Below are positions 31,249 through 43,701 of a DNA stretch of 64,000 nucleotides, in pieces. The notes under the pieces were generated by a model. That model saw only the letters and a program-made list of their open reading frames with translations. It had not been told where the DNA came from and did no database searches. The stretch's first letter is position 1. Every line of letters begins with the position of its first letter. The translations under genes and the position numbers were made by a program. The stretch spans positions 434,001 to 498,000 of the forward strand of contig JAIVFI010000027.1 of NCBI GenBank assembly GCA_025558095.1, in the 5' to 3' direction. Origin of the DNA: Hyaloraphidium curvatum SAG 235-1. Lineage: Eukaryota; Fungi; Monoblepharomycota.

Positions 31249-32106
31249 TCAGCAAAGCCACTCAACAAGGGCCGTGACCAGCGGGGAATCAGGGCTCGTC
31301 ATCTTCAGCGTCACGTTGAAGTGGTTGGTGCCCGGCATGTCAATCTTCCGGACCGAGCCCCCGCTCTGTTGCCAGAGCTCCCCGAGCTCGTCCGACTGCC
31401 GCTTGAATTCCTTCGTGTCCGTCTCGCCGTACGTGATGATCAGTCGCGCCCGCGAAGGTAAAAGGCGCAGCGGCGAAAGGTTTTCCACGTCAGACTCGGA
31501 GAGGTTGAGCCACTCTTGCGGCGCGCCGAGCCTGATGGGCTCGAGGTCAAATATGCCGCTGATGTGCAGCGCGGTCCCGACGACGCCTTCGGGAAGACCA
31601 AACTCGGATTCCCAGCCCGAACATACGAGCATTCCACCAAGATGGCCCCCGGCCGAGTGCCCGATCACAGCCATGCGCGTTTTATCGAAACCGAGTTCGT
31701 CGGCGCGGCCGTAGAGAAAGGCAACGGCGGCGCGGCATCGCCGAACCATCTCGGCCAAAGGAACGCTCGGAGCAAGACCATAGGAAAGACTGGCGACAGA
31801 AACGCCGTGCGGAGCCAGGCCGAGGGCAGGATAGGAAAAGTAGTCCTTCGAGAGCCGCCTGAAGTAGCCTCCGTGAATCGTGATCGCGAGCGCCGACCCC
31901 GGGCCCGCCGAGAGAAAGTCCAGCACCTCCCCTTCGCCGGGTCCGTAGCGAACGTCGGCACGCGTGGGCAGCTCGGCTTTGGCCTTCGCGCTGAGGTCCC
32001 CGTACACCTGCATCGCCTCGCCCAGCTCCTCCGGCGTTACAGTCGTCGTCGGTGACACTTCGGCATCGAGGGTCGCCTGATCCAGGCCGCGCCAGACCGC
32101 AGCCAT
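31249..32106 (-). CDS. Arylformamidase/kynurenine formamidase-like alpha/beta hydrolase, intronless
   Basis: DVRYG...LD, IHGGYF, GHSAGGHL, ISGIFDLEP, E.KRQS, NHF. Confidence 0.88.
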   Translation of the reverse strand: MAAVWRGLDQATLDAEVSPTTTVTPEELGEAMQVYGDLSAKAKAELPTRADVRYGPGEGEVLDFLSAGPGSALAITIHGGYFRRLSKDYFSYPALGLAPHGVSVASLSYGLAPSVPLAEMVRRCRAAVAFLYGRADELGFDKTRMAVIGHSAGGHLGGMLVCSGWESEFGLPEGVVGTALHISGIFDLEPIRLGAPQEWLNLSESDVENLSPLRLLPSRARLIITYGETDTKEFKRQSDELGELWQQSGGSVRKIDMPGTNHFNVTLKMTSPDSPLVTALVEWLC

Positions 32107-32401
32107 CGTCTCGATGTGTTGCGGGAGACACGGAAGACCTCGTTAGTCGACGCGTCGCGAAACAAACCAATCTCGGTCTTTGATCTCGGTCCCTCCCGCG
32201 TTTACAGGGGCATCGAGCTCTTTTTGAACTTTGCTGAAAGCGCATCGCGTCTCGGAGAACGCGCTGCCGCGGTCGTGGAGCCTCGCACCCTCTTTCGTGA
32301 CCTCCGTCCCCTCGTCGAAGTTGGATCTTTGGTCACCTGCATTCGCAAAGGGTCGATGGTGCCGGGGATCCCGCAACGGACATCTGGCAGCGAGTGTTGC
32401 C

Positions 32402-35400
32402 ATGGAGGCGATGGCTAGGCTGCTGTCTCGGCCTTGTGCCGCGGTCCCGGCCTGCGAAGCGCATCTCCACCAACGGGTCGGGGTCCGCAGGTTTGCCACC
32501 GCAGCCAGGAGCCCCGTTCGGACGCCTGCGCCGCGCTTGTCGGCCGCCCAGCTCAAAGTAGTCGAACATCCGGCCTCGCATCGCGTCGTTTGGGCGGTTG
32601 CTGGAAGCGGAAAGACGGAGGTCCTCGTCAAGGCCGGCTTGCGTGCAGCTGCTGGAGGATCCAACGTGCTCGTACTGACAAAGATCTCGTCCGTGACGGA
32701 GGAGATCCGGAGCCGGCTGCGCCGCGACGCTCCGCATCTAAACTTTCAAAGGAAGGGCAAGTCGCACTGGATCGCTCGGAACGGAAAGTCGTCAGTCGAA
32801 GTGGCCAATTTTGATGCCGCGGTACACTACAGCCTCGCGGCTGGTGCGAATCAATGGGGTCTGGCCCGCTTCCGTGGAGACAGTTTCCGTCACAAGACGG
32901 AGCGGCTCCTATCCGCTGTGCTCGATGGGACTGGACCGCCGGCACCATTGCTGTGCGACGGCAGTCGAGCCGATCTACTGCTTGTGGACGAAGCACAGGA
33001 CCTGGAGCCGCCGCAGGTTGCTTTGCTGGCCGCCTTTGCGGCCCAGAGCATGATCGCTGGCCATGATTTTAGGACGGTGCTGGTCGGGGATCCGCTGCAG
33101 ACTGTCTTTGACCGCTCCATCGTCGAGATCCCGGAAAGCGATGGTTTTCAACACGGGCTCGTGCCACGGCCCGGGAACAGGCCGCAGGTCATTCAGCCCC
33201 GCGGACTGCACGCGCTGGACGCCTGGACCAAGTCACTGGAGAAGCTGGGATCCTCCGCGACCCGGTTCGACTTGAATGTGTGCCATCGGTGTCCGGACAC
33301 CCATCTGAAGCTGGTGAACGCGGTGATGAAGCCGATACAGACCCTGTATGGGGCTGCTGCCCTTGAGCCCGGGCCGAAGCAGCGACGGGCGGATCCAGAC
33401 ACGATGCCGTTCTTTTTTGTTCACCCCGTCGCCAGGGACAACACTACCTCTCACATCGTGGCGGCACAGGCTGTTGCCATCATCGCGTCTCTCATGGATC
33501 ATGACCCGTCGCTCCAGCCAGAACATATCGCTGTCCTTGCGACGACGACGAACGCCAACGCGGCCTTTTCGCAGCTTCAGCCCCTTCTGTCGCGACTCTA
33601 CGAGCAGCGTGGATTCCCGGTGGCCGATGCGGCCCTCCACTTTAGGACACGGGACGAAGTTGGGATCCTGGCCATCAATTGGGTGCGTTGGCTCCTTTGA
33701 GGAGACCTCTCTTCAATCTTGCTAACGACTTCACCCTCCAGGACGCAGCCGACGGCAGGACCCCGATGGTGTCCATACACGGCGAAAAGGGCAAGGAACA
33801 TCGCGCCGTTGTCCTCTTGGATGCCTCGGGCGGGGTTCTGCCCGCGCTACACCGTGCCGGGCGGGCGATCGCCCTTGTGGACGCCTCTCTGCTCAACGTC
33901 GGTCTCACGCGGTCTACCCGCTACCTTGCAATCGGGTACCGAGACGGCCACCCCTCGGCCTATCTCGCCTCGCACTTGCATCTGGACAGCGAGAGGCCCG
34001 ACGTTGCCGGATTCACCGTGGACGACGGTGTCAGCCTCCCGCACCGCGTTGCGTACTGCAGCTGGGCCTTGCCTTCGCATTCGCCCGAGCTGCATCGGAA
34101 GCTGGCAGCAGCGGTCTCGTCTGTGCCCGGGGCGCCGCGCCGCTTTACTCCTCCCGTCACCAAGAGCCCCATGCGGACAGATCATCCGATCAAGAACATC
34201 GTCACCGTGAGCATCGATGCTTCACAGGCCACAGAGTTTGGTGGGGCCGCGGAAAATCACTCGGTCGCGATTTTGCTCATTGGTTGTGATCCGCACAGAA
34301 CACCCGTCAAATCTGGTTCCTGGTTGGTCTCCTGGCGCTCCGGGACGGGACCCTGGAAGCGCGCTTGCTCCCACATTCGAACGCGCCTTCCCCTTCGACC
34401 AGCATCTGGCTTTGGCAAAAGCTCTGCAGTCTCAAGATGCGAGCTCAGGCGATCCGGACACCGACGGGGCGCAATTCCCCCCAGACGGCCCATCTTCTGT
34501 TCCTGTGCGCGAGGTTCGCTTCGGCCAGCCATTTGCGCTTTTCCGGGACCAAGAGTCTCGCACGCGCCATGCGGAGCTTGCGCCCGTGACGGGCAGCCTG
34601 GCAGAGCTCCTTTTCGAGCGCATCGTCAAGCACGATCGGCGGTCTTCTCGGCGTGATGATAAGGACCAGCAGGAGCTGGCACCGGAAAGCACTCTTGCGG
34701 CGTCCTACTCGTATCTCCTGGAAACCAAGAGCCACTGCTACTCGGACGACGACACGCTGCTCAATCTTGCTGCAGACGCACAGCTCAATCGGTTGGCGCT
34801 CGTCGCGAACCAGAAGCTGGATCGGCGAAAGTCAGCCGGCTCCGCCCGTGCGCGTTGGCTGGAAGCACTGGAGTCGGCCGAGGCACGCGTTCGCGACATG
34901 TTCCATGTTAGAGGCGCTGGGAGAAGGCCTCCCAGCGACGAAGCTCGTAGGCAGAACTTGCTTGCCTCGCTCAAGAGGCTCCGTGAGCACGGCTCTGCGG
35001 CAGGATCGCGGAAGGCTTCGTCTCGGGTGCCCTATCTTTTGCCTTCTTTGGTGAAGCAGGAGAGGTTCCGCACGGCTCTGACTAGCTACCTGTCGCCGGA
35101 CACGCCGACGCGGGACCTGCGGCCAGATCATCTGTGGTCGCTTGCACTCGGAATCGCCATGCTGCACGGCGAAGTTCGGCGTCCCCAGTTGCTGCGATAC
35201 TGGGGCGCCGGCCCCAAGGGCAAAGGTCGCGGGGCTTCGTCGGACGCGCACACTCCGGTGAGGCCAGAGGCTTACACGCAGCTTCTCGCCAATGTGGAGG
35301 GAATGGCGGCGCTGCTGGCGCGGGAACATCACCGAACAAATGGGGACCTGGGCTTGCGGAAGAATCGGCGCGGGAAGAGCAAAGACAAGCTGCCCGTCGT

Positions 35401-36037
35401 GCTGTCGTTCGAAGACGAGCACAGCTTGAGCTACAGGTGCGCCGAGCTGGACGGAGCTTTCGTCGGCGTCGGTGCGCGCTCGGACGTGATCGTCGAGGAC
35501 CACGCGGCAGCAGCACTTGCCGGATCAGGGCCATCCTTGGCGAAACCTGTTGCCGGACCGGCCCCGCTTCGTCGGTTGATCGAAATCAAGTGCCCCGCCG
35601 TTCCTTCGACGGAGATTGAGGGCCGTTTGGCGACTTGCTCGAACGTTTGGTGGAACCAGGCTCTCCTCTATGCGGTGCTTTCCAAGAGGCCGATCCACGC
35701 CGTATCCGTGGCGGACGTGGCCGCCGGTGTTCTGTACACGGCCCCGGTGGTGCTGACGGCAGACCAGCGGGTCGCTGCTTTGCGGAGAGTCTTTGAAGCT
35801 TTCAGATTCCCCGCGGTGGCCTCTGACACCCTTTCGGGACTGCTCCGGTCGCGGATTGAGGCCGGGGAAGAGGACGACCGGGCTCCGGTCGCCGAGGCGG
35901 GGCAAATGCGGCCAATCGAGGTACCTGCTGCCAGTATTGTGAACGTGGTGCCGAAGGGCTTACCGAAGCTGTCGGGCATGGGGCCTGGACGTGGGTGGAT
36001 GCTCGTGGAGGAGCTGGGACTCGGGCGCGCGGGCTAG
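32402..36037 (+). CDS. UvrD/REP-like SF1 helicase fused to a C-terminal PD-(D/E)XK nuclease; N-terminal mitochondrial-presequence-like peptide; 2 introns
   Basis: LSAAQ (Q motif), AVAGSGKT, LVDEAQDL, VGDPLQTVF, HRCP, SIHGEKGKE, NVGLTRS. C-terminal ARSDV...LIEIKC...NQALLY. Introns at about 33683-33740 and 34241-34298 join the three ORFs in frame. Confidence 0.8.
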
Positions 36038-36114
36038 ATGGTTGGCATTGTCAGTCTCGTTGGCATGAACCACAGTATAACAAGTGAAGCAATTTTGCAA
36101 TTTTGCAATGATCA

Positions 36115-39100
36115 TCACATTCCGTGACCGTCAATGAGCATCTTCCAGCCCCGGATGTTGAGAGAGGTGGCGGACTCGGTGGGAGGAACGAGAGCGCGGT
36201 ATGCCACCACGTTCTCGTCGATGGTGTTGGCAGCGAGCACGTTGATGGTGATCGGCTGGCGCGTCTGGCCGTCGCGATCCACGCGGTTGGCGGCCTGCGC
36301 CGCGATCGCGGCCGCCAGAGGAGGCTCCATGAGGTAGACCAGGTTGCAACACGTGAGCGTGAGTCCAGCCACGACGCGCTCGCGCATCGGCATGAGGAGC
36401 ACCCGCACGTTCCCATCGTGGCGGATGCTCTGCAAGGCAACCGCCGCAGCGTGACCGGATCCGTACAGGACTGATTGAATGCCCATCAGCTCGAGCGCAT
36501 CCTTCATGTCCGCGAGCACCTCGGGGAAGTGACTGAAGACGATGGCCTGTAGGGCGCATGAGCTGCAGAGAAAGCTCTTCAGCGATCGATCGCACCTTGG
36601 CCGAGGCATCCGCGTTGAACCTGGATGCCATGTCGCGGACCGTTCCGAGGATCTTGCTCCCGAACCTGACCACGAGCTCGTCGTCTTCCTCGGGAGCGTT
36701 GCCGTGGACGGACCCCAGGCCTTCGAGCGCCTCGTCGTGGATGAGGATCGCAGCCCGGTCTTTGCCGGCCGGGGCACGGCACAGCGGGCACTTTTTCTGC
36801 TCTCCTTGCTCCTTGAGGCACTTGACGTAGCACGGTGCGCAGTTGCGGGCGTTGAGGCAGCAGAAAGTGACGACCATGGCATCACTTTCGGTTTGGCAGT
36901 CGTCGCACTTTTCGGGCACCTCGATCCCGTTCTTCTTGACTTCCGTGAGACGGCCGGACCTGGCGTAGGGAACAGCATTCTCGAGAATGTTGGCTTCCGT
37001 CATGCTGCGACGAACAGCATGAGACATAGTCACAGTTAGGCGCGCAACTCAACGTACGTCTGAAAGATGTCGTCCTCCGGTATGCGGATGCGCGGGCGTC
37101 CTGCTGCGGTAACCGAGACTGCCACGAGTCCGATTAGCCAAGTCGACATGGTATCGAGCAGTTCACTCACGCGACGCATGTTTCTTTAGATCCTGGACAG
37201 CGTTCCTCACGGTCATGCCCGGCTTTCGAGGAAGCCTCGTGGCCCCGTTCGCCTTTGCCTCGGCACGGGCCAAGAACTCGCTGAGGGCCCTCCGAAGGCG
37301 GTCGTAGCACCACCGCTCGCGGGCCCTGAGCTCAATCATCAGATTCTCCGAGGCCATCGGGGGCGTCGCGAGCTCGGCCTTGACGTCGTCCTTGGTGTAC
37401 CGGCGCATGATCTTGGAAAGCAGGCCGCGCACGCGCTCGAGGCCCTCGTCGTCTCCCTCGCCCGCCTTCCTGAACCGCTGCAGGATGCAATCGTTGAACA
37501 CCGTGCCGTCCATGAACGGGTGCAGTCCGAGGAAGGTACAGTAACCCAGGAGGTCCGCGACCCCCGTTACCAGGGGCGTGCCGGTCACGATCCACGAGCT
37601 CCAGCTGCCGATGCCCTGGATCCTGAGGGTGGTGGCGCTCTCCTTGCGGACTTCGTGCGCCTCGTCGGTCACAAGCCTCAGGAACTGCACGGAACACAGC
37701 TCGGCCGAGTCGGTGTTCTTGAACTGCGCCACGACAACGTCGTACGTGGCGAGCTCCTGTAGGTACTTCTTCTTGTGTTCGATCGTCCACGCCTTGCCAA
37801 TCGCGGTGATCTTCTTGTCGTGGCGCTTGACGCGGAGCTGCGGCGCGTGTTTGGCAAATTCGCCGAGCCACTGGTCCAGCAGCTGCTCGTTGGGCACGAC
37901 CACGAGCGTCGTCTTCACCGCAGGGACGTAGCTCGCATCCGAGAGCCGGTCCAAGTCGATCTTCCGGTCCTCGCAGTCCGGGTTCGAGAGGATCAGGGCG
38001 ATGACGAGCAGCGTCTTGCCGAGCCCCATCTCGTCCGCCAGGATGCCGCCCCTCTCGGGCCTGAAGGCCGTAAACCGCTTGGTCGTGACGGTGCCCGTGA
38101 CCTCGTGGATGTACAGCGTGGTCTCGCCCTCGGGCATGGGCACGGCCGCCTTGTCCGAGTGCAGGCCCGCTGCCCACTTGGCGTTCGACACGTTGAGCGG
38201 GAGCCACGCCGGGTGCAGCACGTCCGCGTCCGGGTGGTTGTCGTAGTCCTCCATGTCGACCATCCACTTGAGCGTCTTGAGCTGGTGCGGCCGCAGCTTG
38301 GTCGACGGCACCAGACCTGCCGGCTGGGAGGCCTGGGGCGAATCCGCGGGGGGCAGGACGGACTCGAGGATGTTGAACTTGTCCCGAGAGAGCTGCCACC
38401 TCTTGTGCGGATCGGCTTCCTTGGCGAGGATGTTCTCGAGCTTGGCGGACTTGCGGAACGGCGTCGAGGTGTAGTATGCGTCGGCCTCGTCTCCGGCGGC
38501 AAGGGACCCGAAGGGATCGTTGTGCAGGATTTCCTCCGCGAGGACGAGCATTTGCTGCAACGCGACGAGGACGTCAGTGATTTGCGGCGAAGCTGATGCA
38601 GGATCGACCCACGTGCTCGCCGTCAGGGACCATCTTGAGCGTGAGGTTGCCATCGTCCTCTTTATCGTCGCCGTAAATGAACGCCTTCTCCGTGACCACG
38701 ACCCCAACATCGAGCACCAGGTCGCCGTCCAGGGTCCTCAGCACCCCCGCGAGTCTGACGTACCCCGCCTCGTGACGCGCACGCAGGGTCTGCCCCACGT
38801 TGTGGCCCTCCAGCCTGTCCACGGAGCACCTGGCTAGGGCCTCGGAGTCCGTGTCGAGCAGCTGGTACGCCGACGGCTTCCCGTCCGTCTGGGGGGCGCG
38901 CACGACGACGAGCTCCCAGACCCGCTGGGAAGTGCGGCGGACGGCCGGCGGGAGGTGCCAGGCGAGCGAGACGGGCAGGGACTTTGTTTTCGCCGTGGGC
39001 TTGTCGTTCCCTTTGCGGTCCGCGAGGCCGAGATCCTTGAGGAGGTCCCAGTCCACCCTGAAAAGGAACGTCAGCACCGGCGTGCGAGAAAGTGCGAAGA

Positions 39101-39944
39101 AACCTACTGGGCGCCGGCGGCAGCGTCGGAAAGGTTGAACCTCATCCAGCCGAGCGGAACGCTCATGGAACCCTTGGGAACCCGACCCTTGATGGTCTTT
39201 CCCGGTTCTTCGGATTCGAATGGGTCCGGGGGAGGCGCCGCGGCACGGGTGCGCCTGGTCGACGAGGGTGCCGCGGAAATGGGTGCGGCGCGGCGGCGCT
39301 TGGCGGGGCTCCCGTCGCCGGGGCCGGAATCGGTGGGGACCGAGCGCTGGGAAGGCGTGAGCTTGTCTTCTGGTCCAGGCGAGGAGACGGTGTCCCACCT
39401 TGGCGCCGATCTTGGCGGGCGGCGAGCTGCTTACCGCTGCAGGCGGACCCGCAGCAGGCGCAGCGGGCTCCTGCCGAGCGGGACTCGGAGCAATCGGGGC
39501 CGCCATCTCGAAGTCGGGGACATCGGGCGCTTCCCCGTTGACGAGCGGCTCCTCGGGGCCCGACGCGACCGGCTGCTGCAGCGCCTCGGGCGCCGGGAGG
39601 GTCGGCTGCCGCTGCTGCTCCGGCTGCCCCGCGCCCTGCATGCGCTCGCCCCGCAGGAACGCCCCGAGGCGGGCCTGGACGGCGTCCCATCCCCCCTGCG
39701 CCGGCGCATCCCGCGTCCCCGTCCCGAGCCACCACTGGAGCACGTCCTCGCGCAGCTCCTGCTCATCCGCGGGGCCCTCGCTCTGCGCGGCCAGCAGGAA
39801 GCCCTTGATCTTCCCGCGCAGCTCGGCCCACTGCGGGAGGAGCGGGGGAGCGCCGGCAAAGAGCGGGAGGACCGCGGAGCAGTACGCGGCCATCCCGGCC
39901 ACCGCGGGGCCGCGGTCGGCCGCATGGAATGCGACGTGGTCCAT
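36115..39944 (-). CDS. SNF2-family RAD5/RAD16-like ATPase with an inserted RING-like finger, multiple introns
   Basis: LRPHQ, GGILADEMGLGKT, TLVVVP, TDEAH, TGTP, CDDC...CAPC...CPLCR, GSKI, IVFSHF, GLTLT, QAANRVDRDGQ. Confidence 0.9.
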
Positions 39945-40226
39945 GGCGCTCAGAGTCGGGAGCGCATCGGGAGTGTACGACGAGAGGTGCGCTGGCGATT
40001 TGAGAGGGCGACTCGTCGTTGCCGCGTTGAGAGGCGCTCCCGACCAGTTCGGCTCCCCACATGCGGGTCGTCCAAAGACCCGATAACAACGATGGATAGC
40101 GGAATGAATTGGAAAGAGAAGTTTGGGCAGATTATCATCGGGGCCCTATTCGCTCGCCCCGACTACCTTTGCGGACGGCTTCAGCATCGGAAGACCGGCT
40201 AGTCCGTCAGCAACGCTCCCGACCAT

Positions 40227-41030
40227 TCAGATCTGCTTGTCCGACCCGCCGAACGCCGCCGGCATGTCGACAAACTTGGGCAATCCGTCGTTGATGTCCT
40301 TGGGGTTGAGGTAGGGCGCGGCATTCTCGCAATAGATGTGCTGCATCCTGTCAAGAGGGGATCCATACTTTGGCGCGGCGTGGTCACCCACCATCGACGG
40401 CTTGAACCAGCTGGCACCGTTGTCCTCGCAGGTGATCGGGTAGCTGCGTTGCAGGTCCGCAGACATCAGCATCTCGACCACGCACGCCGGAAGCAGGTCC
40501 CGACACCCACACCGAGCGCAGCGGGGCGTTGTTCTTGGGCTTGGAGCTTATCCTCGTGTGGCACTTGGAGCACGAGATGCGGATCGCCCCGGCCTCCATG
40601 TCCGTGACCTTCATCTCCGAGGTCGGCCCCTCGATCTTGACGTTGTCCGCCGGGAACAGGCCGATGGCCGCGAAGGTGGCCGAGTTGGCCTTGCAGCACG
40701 AGGTGCAGTGGCTGCCGTGCGGCACGAGGTGTCAGAACCGAGGCAAGTCGGGGAAACAGCCGGCCCGCCGGCGTCGGGCCAAGGGCGGTGCGGGGGGCCC
40801 ACCAGTAGAGGCAGGCGGCCGGAGCGCCCTCGGCGGTCAAAGTCACGCTATGGGAGCGCGATTGAACGCCGACATCGGCACGGCGCGGCATTCCGAGGTT
40901 CCGGGAGACGGTTTCCGAGACGGTCGACCGAGGGGTGCAGCGGCGGGTCCGGATCGTCAGTCCCGCCGCAATGCGGGCCGGGTGGTCGGCCGACCCACGC
41001 TTTGCACGGGCAGGTGGCGACGACGGTCAT
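40227..41030 (-). CDS. GFA/Mss4-like (glutathione-dependent formaldehyde-activating) protein, multiple introns
   Basis: Spliced reading MTVVATCPCKAVTL...CLYCHCTSCCK...RISCSKC...HIYC...DGLPKF. Confidence 0.85.
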
Positions 41031-41436
41031 GGCGGCTGCGGTGGTGCGGCAACGGGGAAGAGTGTTCGGGGTTCTCGCGCGGCCCGACGCCGAGCCGCCG
41101 ACGCCTTGGGATTCGACGGCTCGCGCCCGCACATATTGTTTGAACGGGAACTCCATTCCCGCACTTTCGAGCATCAAAAGACTCCTGTAGCAACGGTGTA
41201 TTGGATGACGGCTCCGAAATCAGTGCAAGGGGTGCCTCAAACGAGCCTGGACACCGTGGAGGCACGACTTCACCTCGAGACCACCATTATACGAGCGGGA
41301 ACTCCGTCCCCGCGCGCTTGAGCTTCAGTGCAACGCTGCAAGGAAGATTGGATGGATGGAAAGGTCGGAATCCGTGCAGGGAACGCCTCGCTGGCCAGGT
41401 CAATCAACCGCATCAACCAAATTCCTCCACACGAAA

Positions 41437-42453
41437 ATGGCCACCCCGCCGGGCACCCCGCCGCCCTCCGCGCCCGGCGACGCGCTCGCCACGCCCTCCA
41501 ACCCCGCCCCCCCGTCGTCCGCGTCGCCGACGCCGCGCACGCCCGACAGTGTGGGCCGCCGCCGCGCGGCGCTCCTCGAGCGCGGCGACGTGTTCCGCGC
41601 GTACCGCACCGCGCTCGAGCTGAGACGGCTGCGCGGCGCGCTGCTCGCGGGGTTCTACGCGCTGCCGGCGGGCGGCGGCGAGCGGTGGCACGCGCTGCTG
41701 TTCGTGCCGCCCGCCGCGGAGGCGCCGTCGCCCTACGCCGGCGCCGTGTTCAGGCTGCTGTTTGCGCTGCCCGACGAGGGGCCGATCGCGGCGTCGGTGC
41801 TCAGCATGCCGTTCTTCCACCCGCTGGCGGACCCGGGCTCGGGGCGGGTGCACGTGCCGCCGCGGCTGCTGCCAGAGGGAGCGGCGCACCTGGACGATCT
41901 GGGGCGGGTGCTCCGCCGCGCGTTTTCGGACGACTTTCTGGAGCAGCTGGAGGAGGGGGATCTGCCCGAGGGGGAGGGCAACCCTGACGCGCTGCGGATG
42001 TGGAAGGAGGACAGGGAGACCTTCAGGCTGCTGGCGAGGCAGACGGCGGACCAGTCGGGGTCGGAGGAGGCGCTGTACGACTCCGAGTTTGCCGAGGGCG
42101 AGCTGCGGATCAGGAGGGTGCGGTGGACGGACAGGGAGGTCGGCGAGGCGATGGACAGGTTGCGGTTGGCTTTCCTGGTGGGGCATGACCTGCTTTCCCC
42201 GTTTCCCCGTTCCCGGTTCGCCTGACCATGGATCCCCCCGTTCGGGCAGCGCGACGCGCCTCCCCAGACCTCCCCCGCGCGCACCCGCACCATCCTCTCC
42301 TCGATCCAGCCCAAGTTCGGCCGCCGCGCCGGCTCCAAGATCGTCCTCGAGGACGAGGACGACTCGCTGGCGGGGGACATCATCGAGGCCGGCCGGCAGA
42401 TGACGCGGATGGGGCAGCAGGTGGGGAGGGAGGTGATGCGGTTCTTTTCCTAG
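41437..42453 (+). CDS. AKTIP/Fused-toes-like UBC (E2 variant) protein, 1 intron
   Basis: GFYALP...WHALLFV...PYAGAVFR...FFHPLADP.SG with no catalytic Cys. Intron at about 42178-42249; last exon ends with TAG at 42451-42453. Confidence 0.8.
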
Positions 42454-42746
42454 GCCGCGGCAGGGGTGCGACAGGGGTGCGGCAGGAGCCCGTTGGTGGA
42501 CGTCGGGACTGGTTGCTCGTTCGGCAGGCTTTCCGGACCAGGCTCGTGAATCGAGTGAAGCCAAAGGGCCAAACACTACAGAGCTATACAGGCCCACCAT
42601 CCTGTCCATTCCGATTCCGCTTTCAGTCCGGGAGAATGCGGCCCGCCCTGCCGCCCGGGCACATTAGTCCACCACGCCCCCGGCAAGCCGCGCAGACCGA
42701 GACCGCCCTTTAAGTGGTGTAGAAGGCCCAGCGCCTCGTCCGGGAA

Positions 42747-43448
42747 TCAAGTTCCGCCCGTGCAGCAGCCCGCTGCGTAGCCGATCACCGGAGTTTCCTC
42801 GCACACTCCAGCTTCCCCGGCGCCGATGCAGCCGGTGACCGCGTTGCACTTGAGCGGGTCGGTGTTGGTGAACAGGGCAATATCGCTCTGCGTCGTCGTG
42901 CACAGGGTGCAAGCCTTCAAACCGGTCAAGAAATCCTTGTCGATGCAGCACGGGTCTCCGTTATCGTCGGGCACGCAGATGCCCAAAGCCCCCGCCGCCC
43001 CGGCGGTGGAAGAGACGCCGTTGCCCGTGTCGCAGCCCGTGCCCGTATAGGCGCATCGCACTGCACAAACCCCGCGTAGGACGCCCCTGTGCAGGCCTGC
43101 CCGAGGTAACGGCGGTACAGCCCGTGCCGGTTGCCCTGGGCGTAGCTCACGCACGCGACCTGGCCTTCGGGCGTCCCGGGGTAGGAGATTTCGCTGTCCG
43201 GGCGGCGGGTCAGCGGGGACCGGGATCGAAGAGCCAGGTACACGCACCAAAAATCCTCCGGACTGCACGCTTTGCAATCCTTAACGAAGGTGGGCACGCC
43301 CCCGACCGGCATGGGGGGCCTGCGCGGATGGGTCAGAGAGTGAGAGTGAGGATGTTGCGGTCCGCGCGCCGTCCCACATCGCGCTCGCCCGGCTTGCGGC
43401 CACCAACGCGACCACGGCGGAGACACAGACGATCCAAGTGCCGTGCAT
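42747..43448 (-). CDS. Small secreted Cys-rich protein, with an apparent frameshift near 43055
   Basis: Signal peptide MHGTWIVCVSAVVALVAASRASA, two GT-AG introns and many Cys. The coding-like frame switches near 43055. Confidence 0.5.
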
Positions 43449-43701
43449 CGTGCGGCGCGGGTGTCACCTGTGGGCGTTGGGGGCGGGTGGGGGGGAGGTC
43501 GGCTCCCGCCACGATCCTCACACGGCGTTTCGGCCGCAGTCATCACTTCCCACTCTGCGTCTCCTGCTGGTTCTCACTCGCGCGGCTACCCACAGTCCCA
43601 CGTTGTGCCACCAGGTACCACTTCGCCGCCTTGGGCATAATTGTTGTCAAGACGACGACTACATGAAAGCATCCTTGATTCCTCCCGGAACCACGCCGGA
43701 G

